From Armatimonadota bacterium (GTDB lineage: Bacteria; Armatimonadota; UBA5829): DNA of 64,000 nt. The translations under genes and the position numbers were made by a program. Shown here one piece after another: positions 17,129-27,340 of this stretch. Every line of letters starts with the position of its first letter. Position 1 is the first letter of the stretch. The notes beneath the pieces are model-generated. The model saw only the letters and a program-made list of their open reading frames with translations, searched no databases and had not been told where the DNA came from. The DNA is taken from contig JAPLCU010000012.1 in NCBI GenBank assembly GCA_026392045.1, positions 41,142 through 105,141 on the forward strand, written 5' to 3'.

Positions 17129-17179
17129 TTGCCATAAATTAGGACGGGCATTGTACTTCACCCGTCCCTTTGTGTTTGT

Positions 17180-19708
17180 TTAGTCTTCACAGTCCGGCGG
17201 TAGGACTTTCCATTCCTGAATAGCGGATGTCGTCCCTGATTTCATCTGCACGACCAGCCTCAGAGAGGTAGTCTTTACCGGCGCAAACATAATCTGGCTC
17301 CAGCCGTCCGCCTCGAGAGGATAGGCTCCGATTGCATCAACCGGTTTCCATGTCTCTGCGTCCAGATATTCGATTTTCCAGGACTCCGGCAGCTGGGTAA
17401 CCATCATTCTTCTTCTGCTGCGATTAGAATTTGGGGCAGGCGCTGGGGTTGTGGTACCCGTGGTTGTAGGAGCGATGTTTGTGTTTATGCTGTCGGCAAA
17501 CCAGTAGACTTTTGCTCCGCCAACTGATACCGGTTTGTGCCACTTGTAACACACCCATTCGGATGTTCCTGTGTTAGGCCACCAGCCGAATGCGCCGGAG
17601 GCGAAGGCTCCATAGCCGCCGTAGCTGCTGCCTGCGCTGAAACTGGCAGCGTTCCTAACTTCTTTGCCATCGTTCAGGGCGGAAACTTGGCCCCACTGAC
17701 TAAACGAAGCGGACGCCTGGGCGAATGATTCCAAACCGTTGGCAGGTTTCGGATTTGTGGGAATCCAAAGCGCCATAGGGCAGGCCTCGCGGTTGTCCCA
17801 CGCATAGTAGGGTATAGCTGTGATCTTAACAGAGTTGGCCGAGACGGCCTCGCGATAGAGCTTGCCGGACCAGTCTGTGATGTCGATCGCTTTTCCCATT
17901 CCTGTAATGGTCACAATGCCGCCGAGCAGGTCGGGACGCTTGACGGGCTTGAGCTCGGCATCGATGGGCAGAGCGAGGCAGTTGAGAGGAACCGTTTGGT
18001 CGCAGCCCTCCAGAGCGTAGATGATAGGCCCGCGCTGGATAGCAAGCATGCCCTGAGTGGCGGTTACCTGCGAGTTCGCTTCAATTTTTCGTACGGGCAT
18101 AGGCATGTTGAAGTCGATGGAATCGCCTGTGCGCCAGTTTTGTTCGAGGACGATGTAACCCGACTCTACTTTTGGTGACCTGATGCGCCTGCCATTGACC
18201 TTGACCGCTGCGCCCTGGCACCAACTGGGCACGCGAAGCCGAATGCCGAATTTAGCGGGGGAATCGATAACGGGCTTGATGTTTACCGCACCGTCCCACG
18301 GGTAATCAGTTGTGACTTTAAGAGTGACCTTGCTCTTGCCGACCTTGCAATCGACCGATCCACCTATGTAAAGGTTCACCCAAACGGCATCTTCGGATGT
18401 GGCATAGGCATAGCCGCCGATAGAAGCCAGTGTGCGAATAACGTTAGGTGGGCAGCATGCGCACTCAAACCACGGAGTGCGGTGGCGGGAGCCATTGCTG
18501 GCCAATGGGTTGGAGTAGAAGAATGTGTCACCCTTGAGCGAAACGCCATCCAACACGCCGTTGTAAAGAGCTTTTTCGACATAGTCGGCATATCGGGCGC
18601 TACCGTAGAGAAGAGCCAGGCGCTGGTTCCACATAGCCATGGCGATCGAGGCGCACGTTTCCTGATAGGCGGTGGAGGTTGGCAGATCATAGTCTATGGT
18701 GAAGCCTTCGTTGCTTGACGATGGGCCGATTCCGCCGGTGATGAACATGCGCTTTTTGGTGGTGTTGTACCAGATGCGATTGATTGCGCTGAGAAGGTCT
18801 GTGTCGCCGTCAATTCCGGCCACGTCGGTCGCGCCTGAAAGCAAATAGGCGGCGCGGACCGCATGTCCTACTATAGATGTCTGGTCTTTGATCTTGGCGT
18901 TGTCCAGCCAGTAAGCGGGATCAGGATCGCGGCGATCATCAGAATGATCTTCGGTGGCAAAGAAACCAGCGCCGCGATTATCTATGAAGAACTTTGAGAG
19001 CTTGAAATAGCGGTCATCACTGGTAGCGCGCCAGAGTTTTATGAGCGCAAGTTCGAGCTCCGGATGGCCGGGATAGCCCATACGCTTACCAGGGCCAAAT
19101 TTGCTGTCTATGTTGTTTGCGCATTTAATGGCGATATCAAGGAAATTGCGCTTGCCTGTGGCTTGAAAGTGAGCGACTGCGCCCTCTATCATATGGCCCG
19201 CGCAGTACATTTCATGGTCGTCTCGAAGGTTGGTGAAACGGTAGTCAGGGTAGTTTATCTGGTAGTTTGTATCAAGATAGCCGTCCGGCATCTGCGCGGC
19301 TGCCATTTTAGCGATGATGGCGTCGACCTGCTTGTCCAGCGCCGGATCAGGATGGGTGGCAAGGCTGAATGAGGCCGCTTCGAGGACTTTGTATATATCG
19401 GAGTCCTGAAAAACCAGCCCTTGGAAGCCGTCGCGCGCGCCTGCAGCGGCAAGCTCGAGGTTTTTGATGTTTCCCGATTCCTCAAGCATCTTGAGATTGT
19501 GTGGGATAGAGACTTTTCGGTTGGTCTCGCAGCGCGGAGCCCAGAATTTGTCGGTGATCTGGACCTGAGTGAAAGGTACAGCATTCAAATGGCGAAGCTG
19601 CGCGGGTTGTGCCCCCCATGCGCAGCCGGATGCCGCGAAAAGGGCTAGTGTAACTGAAAATAACTTCAACTGTTTCCTCCAAAGCTGTCGTACACATGTA
19701 AGCCGCAT
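17180..19708 (-). CDS. Glycoside hydrolase family 127 (beta-L-arabinofuranosidase, HypBA1/DUF1680-like) with an extra C-terminal beta-sandwich domain; secreted or lipoprotein
   Basis: N-terminal QVQITDKFWAPRCETNRKVSIPH...LAAAG, a conserved cysteine cluster ECACCPPN and a conserved ETCAS motif. Signal peptide with a possible lipobox (AASGC). Confidence 0.75.
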   Translation of the reverse strand: MRLTCVRQLWRKQLKLFSVTLALFAASGCAWGAQPAQLRHLNAVPFTQVQITDKFWAPRCETNRKVSIPHNLKMLEESGNIKNLELAAAGARDGFQGLVFQDSDIYKVLEAASFSLATHPDPALDKQVDAIIAKMAAAQMPDGYLDTNYQINYPDYRFTNLRDDHEMYCAGHMIEGAVAHFQATGKRNFLDIAIKCANNIDSKFGPGKRMGYPGHPELELALIKLWRATSDDRYFKLSKFFIDNRGAGFFATEDHSDDRRDPDPAYWLDNAKIKDQTSIVGHAVRAAYLLSGATDVAGIDGDTDLLSAINRIWYNTTKKRMFITGGIGPSSSNEGFTIDYDLPTSTAYQETCASIAMAMWNQRLALLYGSARYADYVEKALYNGVLDGVSLKGDTFFYSNPLASNGSRHRTPWFECACCPPNVIRTLASIGGYAYATSEDAVWVNLYIGGSVDCKVGKSKVTLKVTTDYPWDGAVNIKPVIDSPAKFGIRLRVPSWCQGAAVKVNGRRIRSPKVESGYIVLEQNWRTGDSIDFNMPMPVRKIEANSQVTATQGMLAIQRGPIIYALEGCDQTVPLNCLALPIDAELKPVKRPDLLGGIVTITGMGKAIDITDWSGKLYREAVSANSVKITAIPYYAWDNREACPMALWIPTNPKPANGLESFAQASASFSQWGQVSALNDGKEVRNAASFSAGSSYGGYGAFASGAFGWWPNTGTSEWVCYKWHKPVSVGGAKVYWFADSINTNIAPTTTGTTTPAPAPNSNRSRRRMMVTQLPESWKIEYLDAETWKPVDAIGAYPLEADGWSQIMFAPVKTTSLRLVVQMKSGTTSAIQEWKVLPPDCED

Positions 19709-20009
19709 CTTATTGTCCGGCGTGGAACAATCAGCGGTTCTCGGTAGACAGCGCTTCTCTAATAGAGAGTTAATGTATTATCGCTGATTTCCTCCATGTT
19801 CACCATGGGTTCGATCAATTTTTGTATATTTTTGAGGCAGGAAAGAACATTCAATCACTGGAACACGGAAGCTGAAAAGCACGGAAGGGATTTTTGACGA
19901 TGGAATGGCAGTAATCGCGCATGCGGGTTTCAAACAACCTATAAGCTGCGTTATAAACACCCACTCAAATGGAAATACTAATAATGTGAATATGATTGGA
20001 GGCGCCGAA

Positions 20010-20798
20010 ATGCAATATGATGAATTCTTAAAACAAGTCAGGCTGCGCGGGGGTCTGCACAACAATGATGAAGCCAGAAGCGCCATCCGCGCGGTATTTG
20101 AAACTCTGAAGCGCAGAATAGTCCACGATACCGGCGATAATATCAAAGCCCAGCTTCCACACGATATACAACCGCTCTGGGAAAGCGGTTTCATAGAGCA
20201 CATAAGCGTGAAGGCGGGAGGCACTGAGCGAATGGATTTGACGGCATTCCTGGGAAGAGTGGCGGACCGCCTGGAAACCAATGATTTTGCCCGCGTAGAA
20301 ATCATAACCAGAGCTGTCTTTACAACACTGAGGCAAGCGATAACCCCCGGCGCGCAGGAATCCGTGGAAAGAGAGTTGCCGGAGGATCTTAGAGGATTCT
20401 GGTTGGCTTGCCAACCGCCTGAAATGCCGCAGGAAGCTCATGCGCCAAGACAACATACTCAGAAAGAAGAAGAGTCATATCTTCATGCTGAAGTTCACCC
20501 TCCGTCTGAAGAGAGGTTGGAGGTCATACCTCCACCGGGATTACATAAACCGGAAGAAGGCCCCGGCAGCACAACTCATTACAGGCTGGACCCTCAGCTA
20601 GAGCAGGAAATAAAAGAGCTGCTGGATAAGAGCGATGAGGTGGAAGCCGATAAGATAGACATATTCGTGCAGGCAGGCAACGTGACCCTGCGCGGCACAG
20701 TTAAAACCGATGATCAACGCCAAACCGCAGGCCACATCGCGGCCAAAGCGTTGGGCGTTGGGGATATTCTCAATGAATTGAGCGTTGAAGAGAAGTAA
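20010..20798 (+). CDS. DUF2267 domain protein with a C-terminal BON domain
   Basis: Starts MQYDEFLKQV after GGAGG. DUF2267-like helical repeats occur twice. C-terminal DIFVQAGNVTLRGTV...ALGVGDILNEL is BON-like. The ORF track's upstream ATG at 19905 lacks an RBS. Confidence 0.6.
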   Translation: MQYDEFLKQVRLRGGLHNNDEARSAIRAVFETLKRRIVHDTGDNIKAQLPHDIQPLWESGFIEHISVKAGGTERMDLTAFLGRVADRLETNDFARVEIITRAVFTTLRQAITPGAQESVERELPEDLRGFWLACQPPEMPQEAHAPRQHTQKEEESYLHAEVHPPSEERLEVIPPPGLHKPEEGPGSTTHYRLDPQLEQEIKELLDKSDEVEADKIDIFVQAGNVTLRGTVKTDDQRQTAGHIAAKALGVGDILNELSVEEK

Positions 20799-20882
20799 TT
20801 GGAGCGGTTCCGGCATTGAAACGCTGAAACATCTAAGATTGAGTAGATTTGGGTGGCGATTCAAAGATCGCCGCCCAAATTG

Positions 20883-21353
20883 CTATATATGGCAGCTTCG
20901 TTCGCCGCGTTTTTCTAAGTATTGCTGGTGGTATTCCTCGGCCATATAGAAAGCGGCGGCAGGGACGATTTGGGTGACTATCGGCCTGGTGAACTTATCG
21001 CTTGCTTCAAGGGTTTCTTTTGATGCTATGGCTGCGGCTTCCTGCTCCGGCGAATGGAAGAAAATTGCCGATCTGTATTGCGTGCCGAAGTCCGGGCCCT
21101 GCCGATTTAGCGTGGTGGGGTCGTGGTTTGCCCAGAAGACGGCTAAGAGTTGCCCGTAGCTAATCTCGGCTGGGTCGAACTCTACCTGCACAACTTCCGC
21201 ATGCCCGGTTTCATCCGTGCAGACATCTTTATATGATGGATTTTCAGTTGTTCCGCCCATAAAGCCGACAGCAGTTGCTTTGACTCCATCGACCTCGCGG
21301 AAAGCAGCCTCAACGCCCCAAAAACAACCTGCTGCGAATGTAGCTTTTTCCAT
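20883..21353 (-). CDS. msrA: Peptide methionine sulfoxide reductase MsrA
   Basis: GCFWG active-site motif, 156 aa. Confidence 0.9.
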   Translation of the reverse strand: MEKATFAAGCFWGVEAAFREVDGVKATAVGFMGGTTENPSYKDVCTDETGHAEVVQVEFDPAEISYGQLLAVFWANHDPTTLNRQGPDFGTQYRSAIFFHSPEQEAAAIASKETLEASDKFTRPIVTQIVPAAAFYMAEEYHQQYLEKRGERSCHI

Positions 21354-21378
21354 AGTTCTTATCCTCCGAGTTACAATA

Positions 21379-23256
21379 TCAGTCGCTCATCTCGGCGCCT
21401 TCAGCCAGAGTCATGAGGTCGCCTTCGGGCTCCTCGGGCTCTTTCGTATTTGGATTTCTCAATATACTTATCCAATTGCTTATGGAGTTTACGCTGATAA
21501 TGCAGGCTAGAATCATCATAATTATCGTAAGAACTATTTTGACGATCGCGGATGTGTGGTCTGCTGGGAGCAATTTGGGCAGATCTCCATAATTCTTGTG
21601 GACGAATTGCACGCCAGCCGTGAGGACCGTTATTATCATAAAGACGAACGGCGCGAAGGTGGTTAGCGCGTAGATTCGCTTGGCTGATCTGCGCAGGATA
21701 AACGTGGTGCCGATTGCGAGCGCTATTGCGCCCAGAAGTTGGTTAGCTATACCGAACATCGGCCAAATGGTGTTCACGGCGCCGCCTCTGAGTAGGTAAT
21801 ACCAGGAAAAAGACACTATAAAACTGGTGATGATAACGCCCGGAATCCAGGTGCCCTTACCGAGAGGTTTGTAGACTCGCCCCAGCATTTCTTGCAAAAT
21901 AAAGCGCGCCACGCGGGTGCCGGTGTCGATAGTGGTCAATATAAAAAGCGCCTCGAACATGATCACAAAATGATACCAGTAGCTCATCATGTATTTCATG
22001 CCCGGAATGTTTTTGAAGATACTCGCCATGCCCACGGCCAGAGTGACGCCGCCGCCGGTGCGCCCGATGAGTGATGTTTTTTCACCCACCTGGCTGGTCA
22101 ATAGCTTGAGCTGAGCGGCGGTTTCCGGCGTGATCAGGACGGCTCCTGCTTTGGCGTTGATGGCGAAATAGTGCGATTGTGTGAGCGTGCAAGCGGCTAC
22201 CAGCGCCAGGAGACCGACGAACCCCTCGATGAGCATCGCGCCGTAGCCGATAGGAAGGATTTCGCGCTCGTTGTTGATCATTTTGGGGGTAGTTCCGCTG
22301 CCGATCAGCGCATGGAAACCGGAAATCGCCCCGCAAGCAATTGTAATACAAACATAAGGCCACACCGGGCCGGGAATGATGGGGCCGCCGCCATGGATGT
22401 ATTGGGTAGTGGCGGGCATGACCAGATTTGGGTGCACAATAAATATCCCCACCGCAAGTAGCGCAATAGTGCCAAGTTTCATATATGTTGATAGATAATC
22501 CCTTGGGCAAAGAAGCATCCAAACCGGCAAAGCCGCGGCGATGAAGCCGTAGACAGGAAGCGCAATCTCAAGCTTTTCTGTTGAAAGCGTGAACCAGCCG
22601 GCAATTGAGCTCTGGGAAACAGGATGACCGGCGACCACTCCGATCAGCAGAAGAATAGTTCCAATAATAGTGGCCTCAGTTACCTTGCCAGGGCGGATTT
22701 TATACATCCATTGCCCCATTAAGAACGCTATAGGAATGCTGCAGCCGATGGTGAAAACTCCCCACGAGCTATCCTTGAGCGCGTTTACAACCATCAGCGC
22801 AAGACCAGCGAGAGCCACAATGATTATTATGAGAGTGGCGAACGCCGTGCACCAGCCGGCGACTCGCCCAAGGTATTTCTCGGCAATCTTAGAAATGGAC
22901 TCGCCTTTGTGCCTGACGGATGCGAAGAGGATGATGAAGTCTTGCACGGCGCCCGCGAAGACAGCGCCGATCAAAATCCAGAGCACGCCCGGAAAATACC
23001 CGTATTGGGCGGCGAGAACCGGGCCAACCAGCGGCCCCGCGCCTGCGATAGCCGCGAAATGGTGCCCGAACAGCACGTATTTGTTGGTGGGGTGGTAATC
23101 TTTGCCGTCTTTGAACTCGTGTGCGGGAGTGACCCGTTTGGGGTCTAATACAGCTACCTTCGCAGCCAAAAATGCACCGTAGACACGGTATGCAAGCGCA
23201 AACACACACAGCGCGATGATCAGAAGAGTGAGAGAATTCATATTGTCCTCCGTCAA
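21379..23256 (-). CDS. cstA: Carbon starvation protein A (CstA family peptide/pyruvate transporter)
   Basis: Polytopic membrane protein with CstA N-terminal conservation ([12 protein letters not shown]...[38 protein letters not shown]). Confidence 0.85.
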   Translation of the reverse strand: MTEDNMNSLTLLIIALCVFALAYRVYGAFLAAKVAVLDPKRVTPAHEFKDGKDYHPTNKYVLFGHHFAAIAGAGPLVGPVLAAQYGYFPGVLWILIGAVFAGAVQDFIILFASVRHKGESISKIAEKYLGRVAGWCTAFATLIIIIVALAGLALMVVNALKDSSWGVFTIGCSIPIAFLMGQWMYKIRPGKVTEATIIGTILLLIGVVAGHPVSQSSIAGWFTLSTEKLEIALPVYGFIAAALPVWMLLCPRDYLSTYMKLGTIALLAVGIFIVHPNLVMPATTQYIHGGGPIIPGPVWPYVCITIACGAISGFHALIGSGTTPKMINNEREILPIGYGAMLIEGFVGLLALVAACTLTQSHYFAINAKAGAVLITPETAAQLKLLTSQVGEKTSLIGRTGGGVTLAVGMASIFKNIPGMKYMMSYWYHFVIMFEALFILTTIDTGTRVARFILQEMLGRVYKPLGKGTWIPGVIITSFIVSFSWYYLLRGGAVNTIWPMFGIANQLLGAIALAIGTTFILRRSAKRIYALTTFAPFVFMIITVLTAGVQFVHKNYGDLPKLLPADHTSAIVKIVLTIIMMILACIISVNSISNWISILRNPNTKEPEEPEGDLMTLAEGAEMSD

Positions 23257-23285
23257 TAGTGATTTTGACTAGATTGTCTTTTCTG

Positions 23286-23714
23286 CTATTTGTGGGTTTT
23301 TCTGAATGTCCAGAGCTTGTTGGCGGAAAAGTTCCAGAAAAACACAATTGGGATCGCGATGAGTTTTGCGATGATCTTTCCAAAGCCATGTTTGTGAACG
23401 AGCATAAGCACGATCAGCTCCGTGAGCGTAAAGCCGACGGCCGACACAATGGCAAACTGGGTGAGTTTTCTTTTTTCCTTGCCCGTGGTGTCATAGCGAA
23501 AAGACCAGCGGGAGTTCCAGAAATAGCCGTTTACCGTGCCCCCAGCGTATCCGATAGCCACCGCCAGCCAGAGCAGATCTGGGGCATTAGCCATGAAATG
23601 GTGGGAGAATTTCAGTAAAGCGACATCGATGACCGTGCTAACGGCTCCGACTACCCCAAATTTGAACATTTCCCTGATTACGCGCGGCGGTTTCTTGGTT
23701 AGCATTGAGCACAT
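23286..23714 (-). CDS. GtrA family membrane protein
   Basis: 142 aa with four TM helices and GtrA-like N- and C-terminal motifs (FKFGVVGAVSTVIDV ... FFWNFSANKLWTF). Confidence 0.7.
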   Translation of the reverse strand: MCSMLTKKPPRVIREMFKFGVVGAVSTVIDVALLKFSHHFMANAPDLLWLAVAIGYAGGTVNGYFWNSRWSFRYDTTGKEKRKLTQFAIVSAVGFTLTELIVLMLVHKHGFGKIIAKLIAIPIVFFWNFSANKLWTFRKTHK

Positions 23715-23911
23715 GGGCCTCTATCCCTGCTCAATTGTAACATAAAAGTCTGTTTTAATCACGGAAGCACGGAATTTGTGAATCACGGAAGAAAGGCGCT
23801 CAAAAAAGGGATTGACTCGGCGGGAACCTCTCCTATTCCTCGTGAAATTGACTCATCCTGCCCGTATCTTCTATACTTCATGTGCGAATCGAACACATAA
23901 CGAGGTGAACA

Positions 23912-24667
23912 TTGAATACTCGCCAGACTAATATTATCCAAATGTTGGGCCAGAACGAGAGAATAGACGTAGCTGATCTCGCGAGGCAGTTCGACGTTGC
24001 GGAGATGACCATCCGCCGCGACCTCACCGACCTCGAAAAGAAAGGCTTTCTGGTGCGAACGCACGGCGGAGCTGTGAGCGCAGGGCGTACTCGTTTTTTG
24101 CAGCGTGCTTTTCCGCATTATTCTGTTTCGCCCGAGAAAGAGGCGATAGGGAAGATGGCGGCGAGTTTGGTCAAACCCGGGCAGACGATCATGGTGGATA
24201 GAGGCACCACGGCCCTGGAAGTCTCTCTGCACCTTTCGCAGGATGCCGGGATAACCGTGGTGACATCATCATTGTGCGTAGCGCAGGCGCTCTTCGGCTC
24301 TCCGGTGGATGTGCTGCTTCTGGGCGGATACTTAAGCAAAGACTTCCCCAGCCTCTACGGCCCCCTCACTGAAACTATGCTCGAAAGCCTGCACGTGGAC
24401 ATACTATTTATCGGCTGCGACGGCGCCCACAGCATCGACGGTCTCTATGCGGCTGATCTCCATATTGCCAAATTTCAGCACGCCATGATGGGAATCGCCG
24501 ACAAGGTGGTAGTCGTCACTGAAAGCCACAAGTTCAAAAACAAGTCGTTCGCGCGCTACGGTCAATGGAATGAAGTAAACACCCTCATCACCGACCCCGG
24601 ACTCTCACCCAGTGACCAGGCGAACCTGAATGAGTATGACATTGAACTGCTGATGGCAAAAAATTAG
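23912..24667 (+). CDS. DeoR/GlpR family transcriptional regulator
   Basis: N-terminal HTH (RQTNIIQMLGQNERIDVADLARQFDVAEMTIRRDL) and a C-terminal DeoR sugar-phosphate sensor domain. Confidence 0.85.
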   Translation: MNTRQTNIIQMLGQNERIDVADLARQFDVAEMTIRRDLTDLEKKGFLVRTHGGAVSAGRTRFLQRAFPHYSVSPEKEAIGKMAASLVKPGQTIMVDRGTTALEVSLHLSQDAGITVVTSSLCVAQALFGSPVDVLLLGGYLSKDFPSLYGPLTETMLESLHVDILFIGCDGAHSIDGLYAADLHIAKFQHAMMGIADKVVVVTESHKFKNKSFARYGQWNEVNTLITDPGLSPSDQANLNEYDIELLMAKN

Positions 24668-24677
24668 ACCTATTCGG

Positions 24678-24728
24678 TGTTTCGGTGATTTGAGTGGAGC
24701 GTCAGCGGAACGGAAATCCCGAAACAGA
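24678..24728 (+). repeat. Family C repeat, divergent copy
   Basis: TGTTTCGGTGATTTGAGTGGAGCGTCAGCGGAACGGAAATCCCGAAACA between the deoR-family gene and argH. Confidence 0.6.
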
Positions 24729-24800
24729 ACAAGCGAAACTTGACACTCCCCGCTCCTCCCCCTAACATGATGAAGAATCAACACATCAGGAGCGAACACC

Positions 24801-26183
24801 TTGTCTAAAAAACTCTGGGGCGGAAGATTTTCAAAGGCTACGGATAAGACCGTTGAGGCGTATACCGAGTCGATATCATTCGATTCGCGCCTGATCGAGC
24901 ATGACATCAGAGGCAGCATAGCGCATGCCAAAATGCTTGGCAAGTGCGGGATAATTCCCGAGGCGGACGCTAAAAAGATCGTGAGCGGCCTCGGTTTTAT
25001 ACTCGACGATTACCTCGCGGGCAAGATTGTGTTCGACCCCAGCGCGGAAGATGTGCATATGAACGTGGAGAAGCTGCTATTCGAGAAAATCGGCGAGCCA
25101 GCGGGTAAGCTCCACACCGCGCGCAGCCGAAATGACCAGGTTTGCACTGATATACGGCTATTCCTGAAAGCAGAAATCACCCGCATTTTAGGGCTGACCG
25201 AAAACTTGCAGACGGCGATAATCGAGCAGGCCGAAGCTAACGCCAATGTGATATTGCCGGGCTACACCCACCTCCAGCACGCTCAGCCCGTATTGCTGGG
25301 GCATCACCTGATGGCATATTTTTGGATGCTTGAGCGCGACAAAGGCCGCATGCTAGATTGCATGAACCGGCTGGATGTGCTTGCGCTCGGCTCGGGCGCG
25401 CTTGCGGGGACAACTTTCCCCATCGACCGCCAATTTGTGGCCGATGATCTCGGTTTCGCGTCTATTTCCGAAAACAGCATGGACTCAGTGGCCGACCGAG
25501 ACTTCGTAGCAGAGTTCCTGGCGGCGGCTGCTATTATAATGGTTCACCTCTCTCGCTGGGCGGAGGAAATCATCATCTGGAACACGTCTGAGTTTAAATT
25601 CATCGACCTAGACGACTCCGTCACCACGGGCTCGTCTATTATGCCGCAGAAGAAGAACCCGGACGTTGCCGAGCTGGTTCGCGGGAAGAGCGCGCGGGTT
25701 ATTGGCGACCTTATGACGCTTTTGACCCTGCAAAAGGGCCTGCCGCTTGCTTATAACCGCGACCTGCAGGAAGACAAGGAACCGCTTTTCGATGCCGTCG
25801 ACACCGTGCAGATGTCGCTGGATGTTTTCGCGCTAATGCTCGCGACCGCCAAGTTCAACGCAGCGCGCATGCACGCATCTGCTGGCGAAGCCTATTCCAC
25901 CGCTACCGACCTCGCCGACCATCTTGTGCGCGCTGGCGTCCCTTTCCGCACGGCGCACTCAGAAGTGGGCTTGCTGGTGGCGTATTGCGTGGACAACAAC
26001 AAAGAGTTCTCCGACCTCACCATACAAGAAATCAAACGCTTCGCCCCCGAAGCCGCCGACACGGTAGCATCCGAGCTAACCGTAGAAGCAAGCGTAGCCG
26101 CCCGCTCAGCGGTCGGCGGAACCGCCCTATCCGAGGTGCGGCGGCAGATCGAGAAGGCGAAACAGGTGTTGGGTGATGGGTGA
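24801..26183 (+). CDS. argH: Argininosuccinate lyase
   Basis: Fumarate-lyase signature GSSIMPQKKNPD, 460 aa. TTG start. Confidence 0.9.
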   Translation: MSKKLWGGRFSKATDKTVEAYTESISFDSRLIEHDIRGSIAHAKMLGKCGIIPEADAKKIVSGLGFILDDYLAGKIVFDPSAEDVHMNVEKLLFEKIGEPAGKLHTARSRNDQVCTDIRLFLKAEITRILGLTENLQTAIIEQAEANANVILPGYTHLQHAQPVLLGHHLMAYFWMLERDKGRMLDCMNRLDVLALGSGALAGTTFPIDRQFVADDLGFASISENSMDSVADRDFVAEFLAAAAIIMVHLSRWAEEIIIWNTSEFKFIDLDDSVTTGSSIMPQKKNPDVAELVRGKSARVIGDLMTLLTLQKGLPLAYNRDLQEDKEPLFDAVDTVQMSLDVFALMLATAKFNAARMHASAGEAYSTATDLADHLVRAGVPFRTAHSEVGLLVAYCVDNNKEFSDLTIQEIKRFAPEAADTVASELTVEASVAARSAVGGTALSEVRRQIEKAKQVLGDG

Positions 26184-26207
26184 TGGGTGATGGGTGTTGG
26201 GTGTTGG
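26166..26207. repeat. Heptanucleotide microsatellite (GTGATGG/GTGTTGG) x 6 spanning the argH stop codon
   Basis: GTGTTGGGTGATGGGTGATGGGTGATGGGTGTTGGGTGTTGG. The argH C-terminus ...VLGDG and its stop are encoded by the repeat. Confidence 0.8.
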
Positions 26208-26216
26208 GAAGGGACT

Positions 26217-26279
26217 GTCATTCCGCGACAACCTGTCATTGGTCTTTCGGGATATCCGCTGCGCTCAAATTCCGAAAAA
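26217..26279 (-). repeat. Family C composite repeat
   Basis: GTCATTCCGCGACAACCTGTCATTGGTC + TTTCGGGATATCCGCTGCGCTCAAATTCCGAAAAA. Confidence 0.75.
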
Positions 26280-26512
26280 CCAAAGCTTACCTGGTATAAT
26301 TACCAGGTTTTTGGCAACCAGATGCTCAGATCCCCCAGTTTCCAAAAATATTTCAAAAATACCTATTGACAAACAAGTATTCATGGGTTACACTGCAATC
26401 AGGCTAAGATGTTTCACTGCAGTTGTGACTCGCTACTTGGACGCTGCTGTTTCTCACAGACCAAATGCGGTGCAAACTTCTACAGACCACAACAAGAAAG
26501 GGGAAAACTAAT

Positions 26513-27145
26513 ATGAATAAAAGAATGTTGATGATTGTATTTGCCCTGGTGCTGGCTTTCACAGTGGGCAGCGTTGTTCAGGCGAACGTGCTCTGGAATT
26601 CCAGCTTCGAGGACGTTTCCGCCGGGGTGGGGCCGCCCGCTTTGCCGCTCAACTACTGGTACCTTGCTGATCGCGGAGGAACCGGCATGTTCAGCACCGA
26701 TCAGGCTCACACGGGCGATTACTCAGCCAAGATCGTCGGTGGCGTCCCGAACAGCATGAAGCAGGACCAGGGGTCTAGGGGCGGCGTGAAGATAGCTCTG
26801 GATCCATTAGCCACATATAGTCAGAGCGTGTGGGTATACCTCACAGCGCTGGCTGACCCGATCCTCGGAACCCAGATATATTTCAGAGCTGGATGGGGAC
26901 TTAACGGGTATGACGCGGGTGCGACATACATGGTTACAGAGGCCAATAAGTGGGTGCAGGTTGTGGACACTCGCACCTTTACCGGTAATACAGAATGTTC
27001 CATGTGGAGTGTTCGAGCGTTCTCGGGTAATGACGCTGTCTACTTCGACGACGCGGTACTGGCTCCTGAGCCTTCTTCCATAGTTGGTCTTTTGACAGGC
27101 GGACTGGGCATGCTCGGTTTCGCAATTCGCCGCCGCAAAGCGTAA
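26513..27145 (+). CDS. PEP-CTERM sorting-domain secreted protein
   Basis: Signal peptide MNKRMLMIVFALVLAFTVGSVVQA. C-terminal PEP (APEPSS) followed by a TM helix and RRRKA. Preceded by a TTGACA-N17-TACACT promoter at 26366-26394. Confidence 0.75.
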   Translation: MNKRMLMIVFALVLAFTVGSVVQANVLWNSSFEDVSAGVGPPALPLNYWYLADRGGTGMFSTDQAHTGDYSAKIVGGVPNSMKQDQGSRGGVKIALDPLATYSQSVWVYLTALADPILGTQIYFRAGWGLNGYDAGATYMVTEANKWVQVVDTRTFTGNTECSMWSVRAFSGNDAVYFDDAVLAPEPSSIVGLLTGGLGMLGFAIRRRKA

Positions 27146-27178
27146 TCTGAAACACAATTAAGCGTCCATTAAAACAAC

Positions 27179-27215
27179 AAAGCCCCGGGTGAATATCCGG
27201 GGCTTTGTTGTTTGG
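27179..27215 (+). terminator. Rho-independent terminator after the PEP-CTERM gene
   Basis: Hairpin AAAGCCCCGG-GTGAATAT-CCGGGGCTTT followed by GTTGTTTGGTTTTT. Confidence 0.75.
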
Positions 27216-27340
27216 TTTTTCGAGATTTGAGGGTGGAGCACAATTTATAAAGCTATAATCCAAGCATTCAACCCAACCCGCCAATCCCGAAAACACGGAC
27301 GTTGATATTCAGATTGAACATTCGCAGGTTTCTCATGAGA

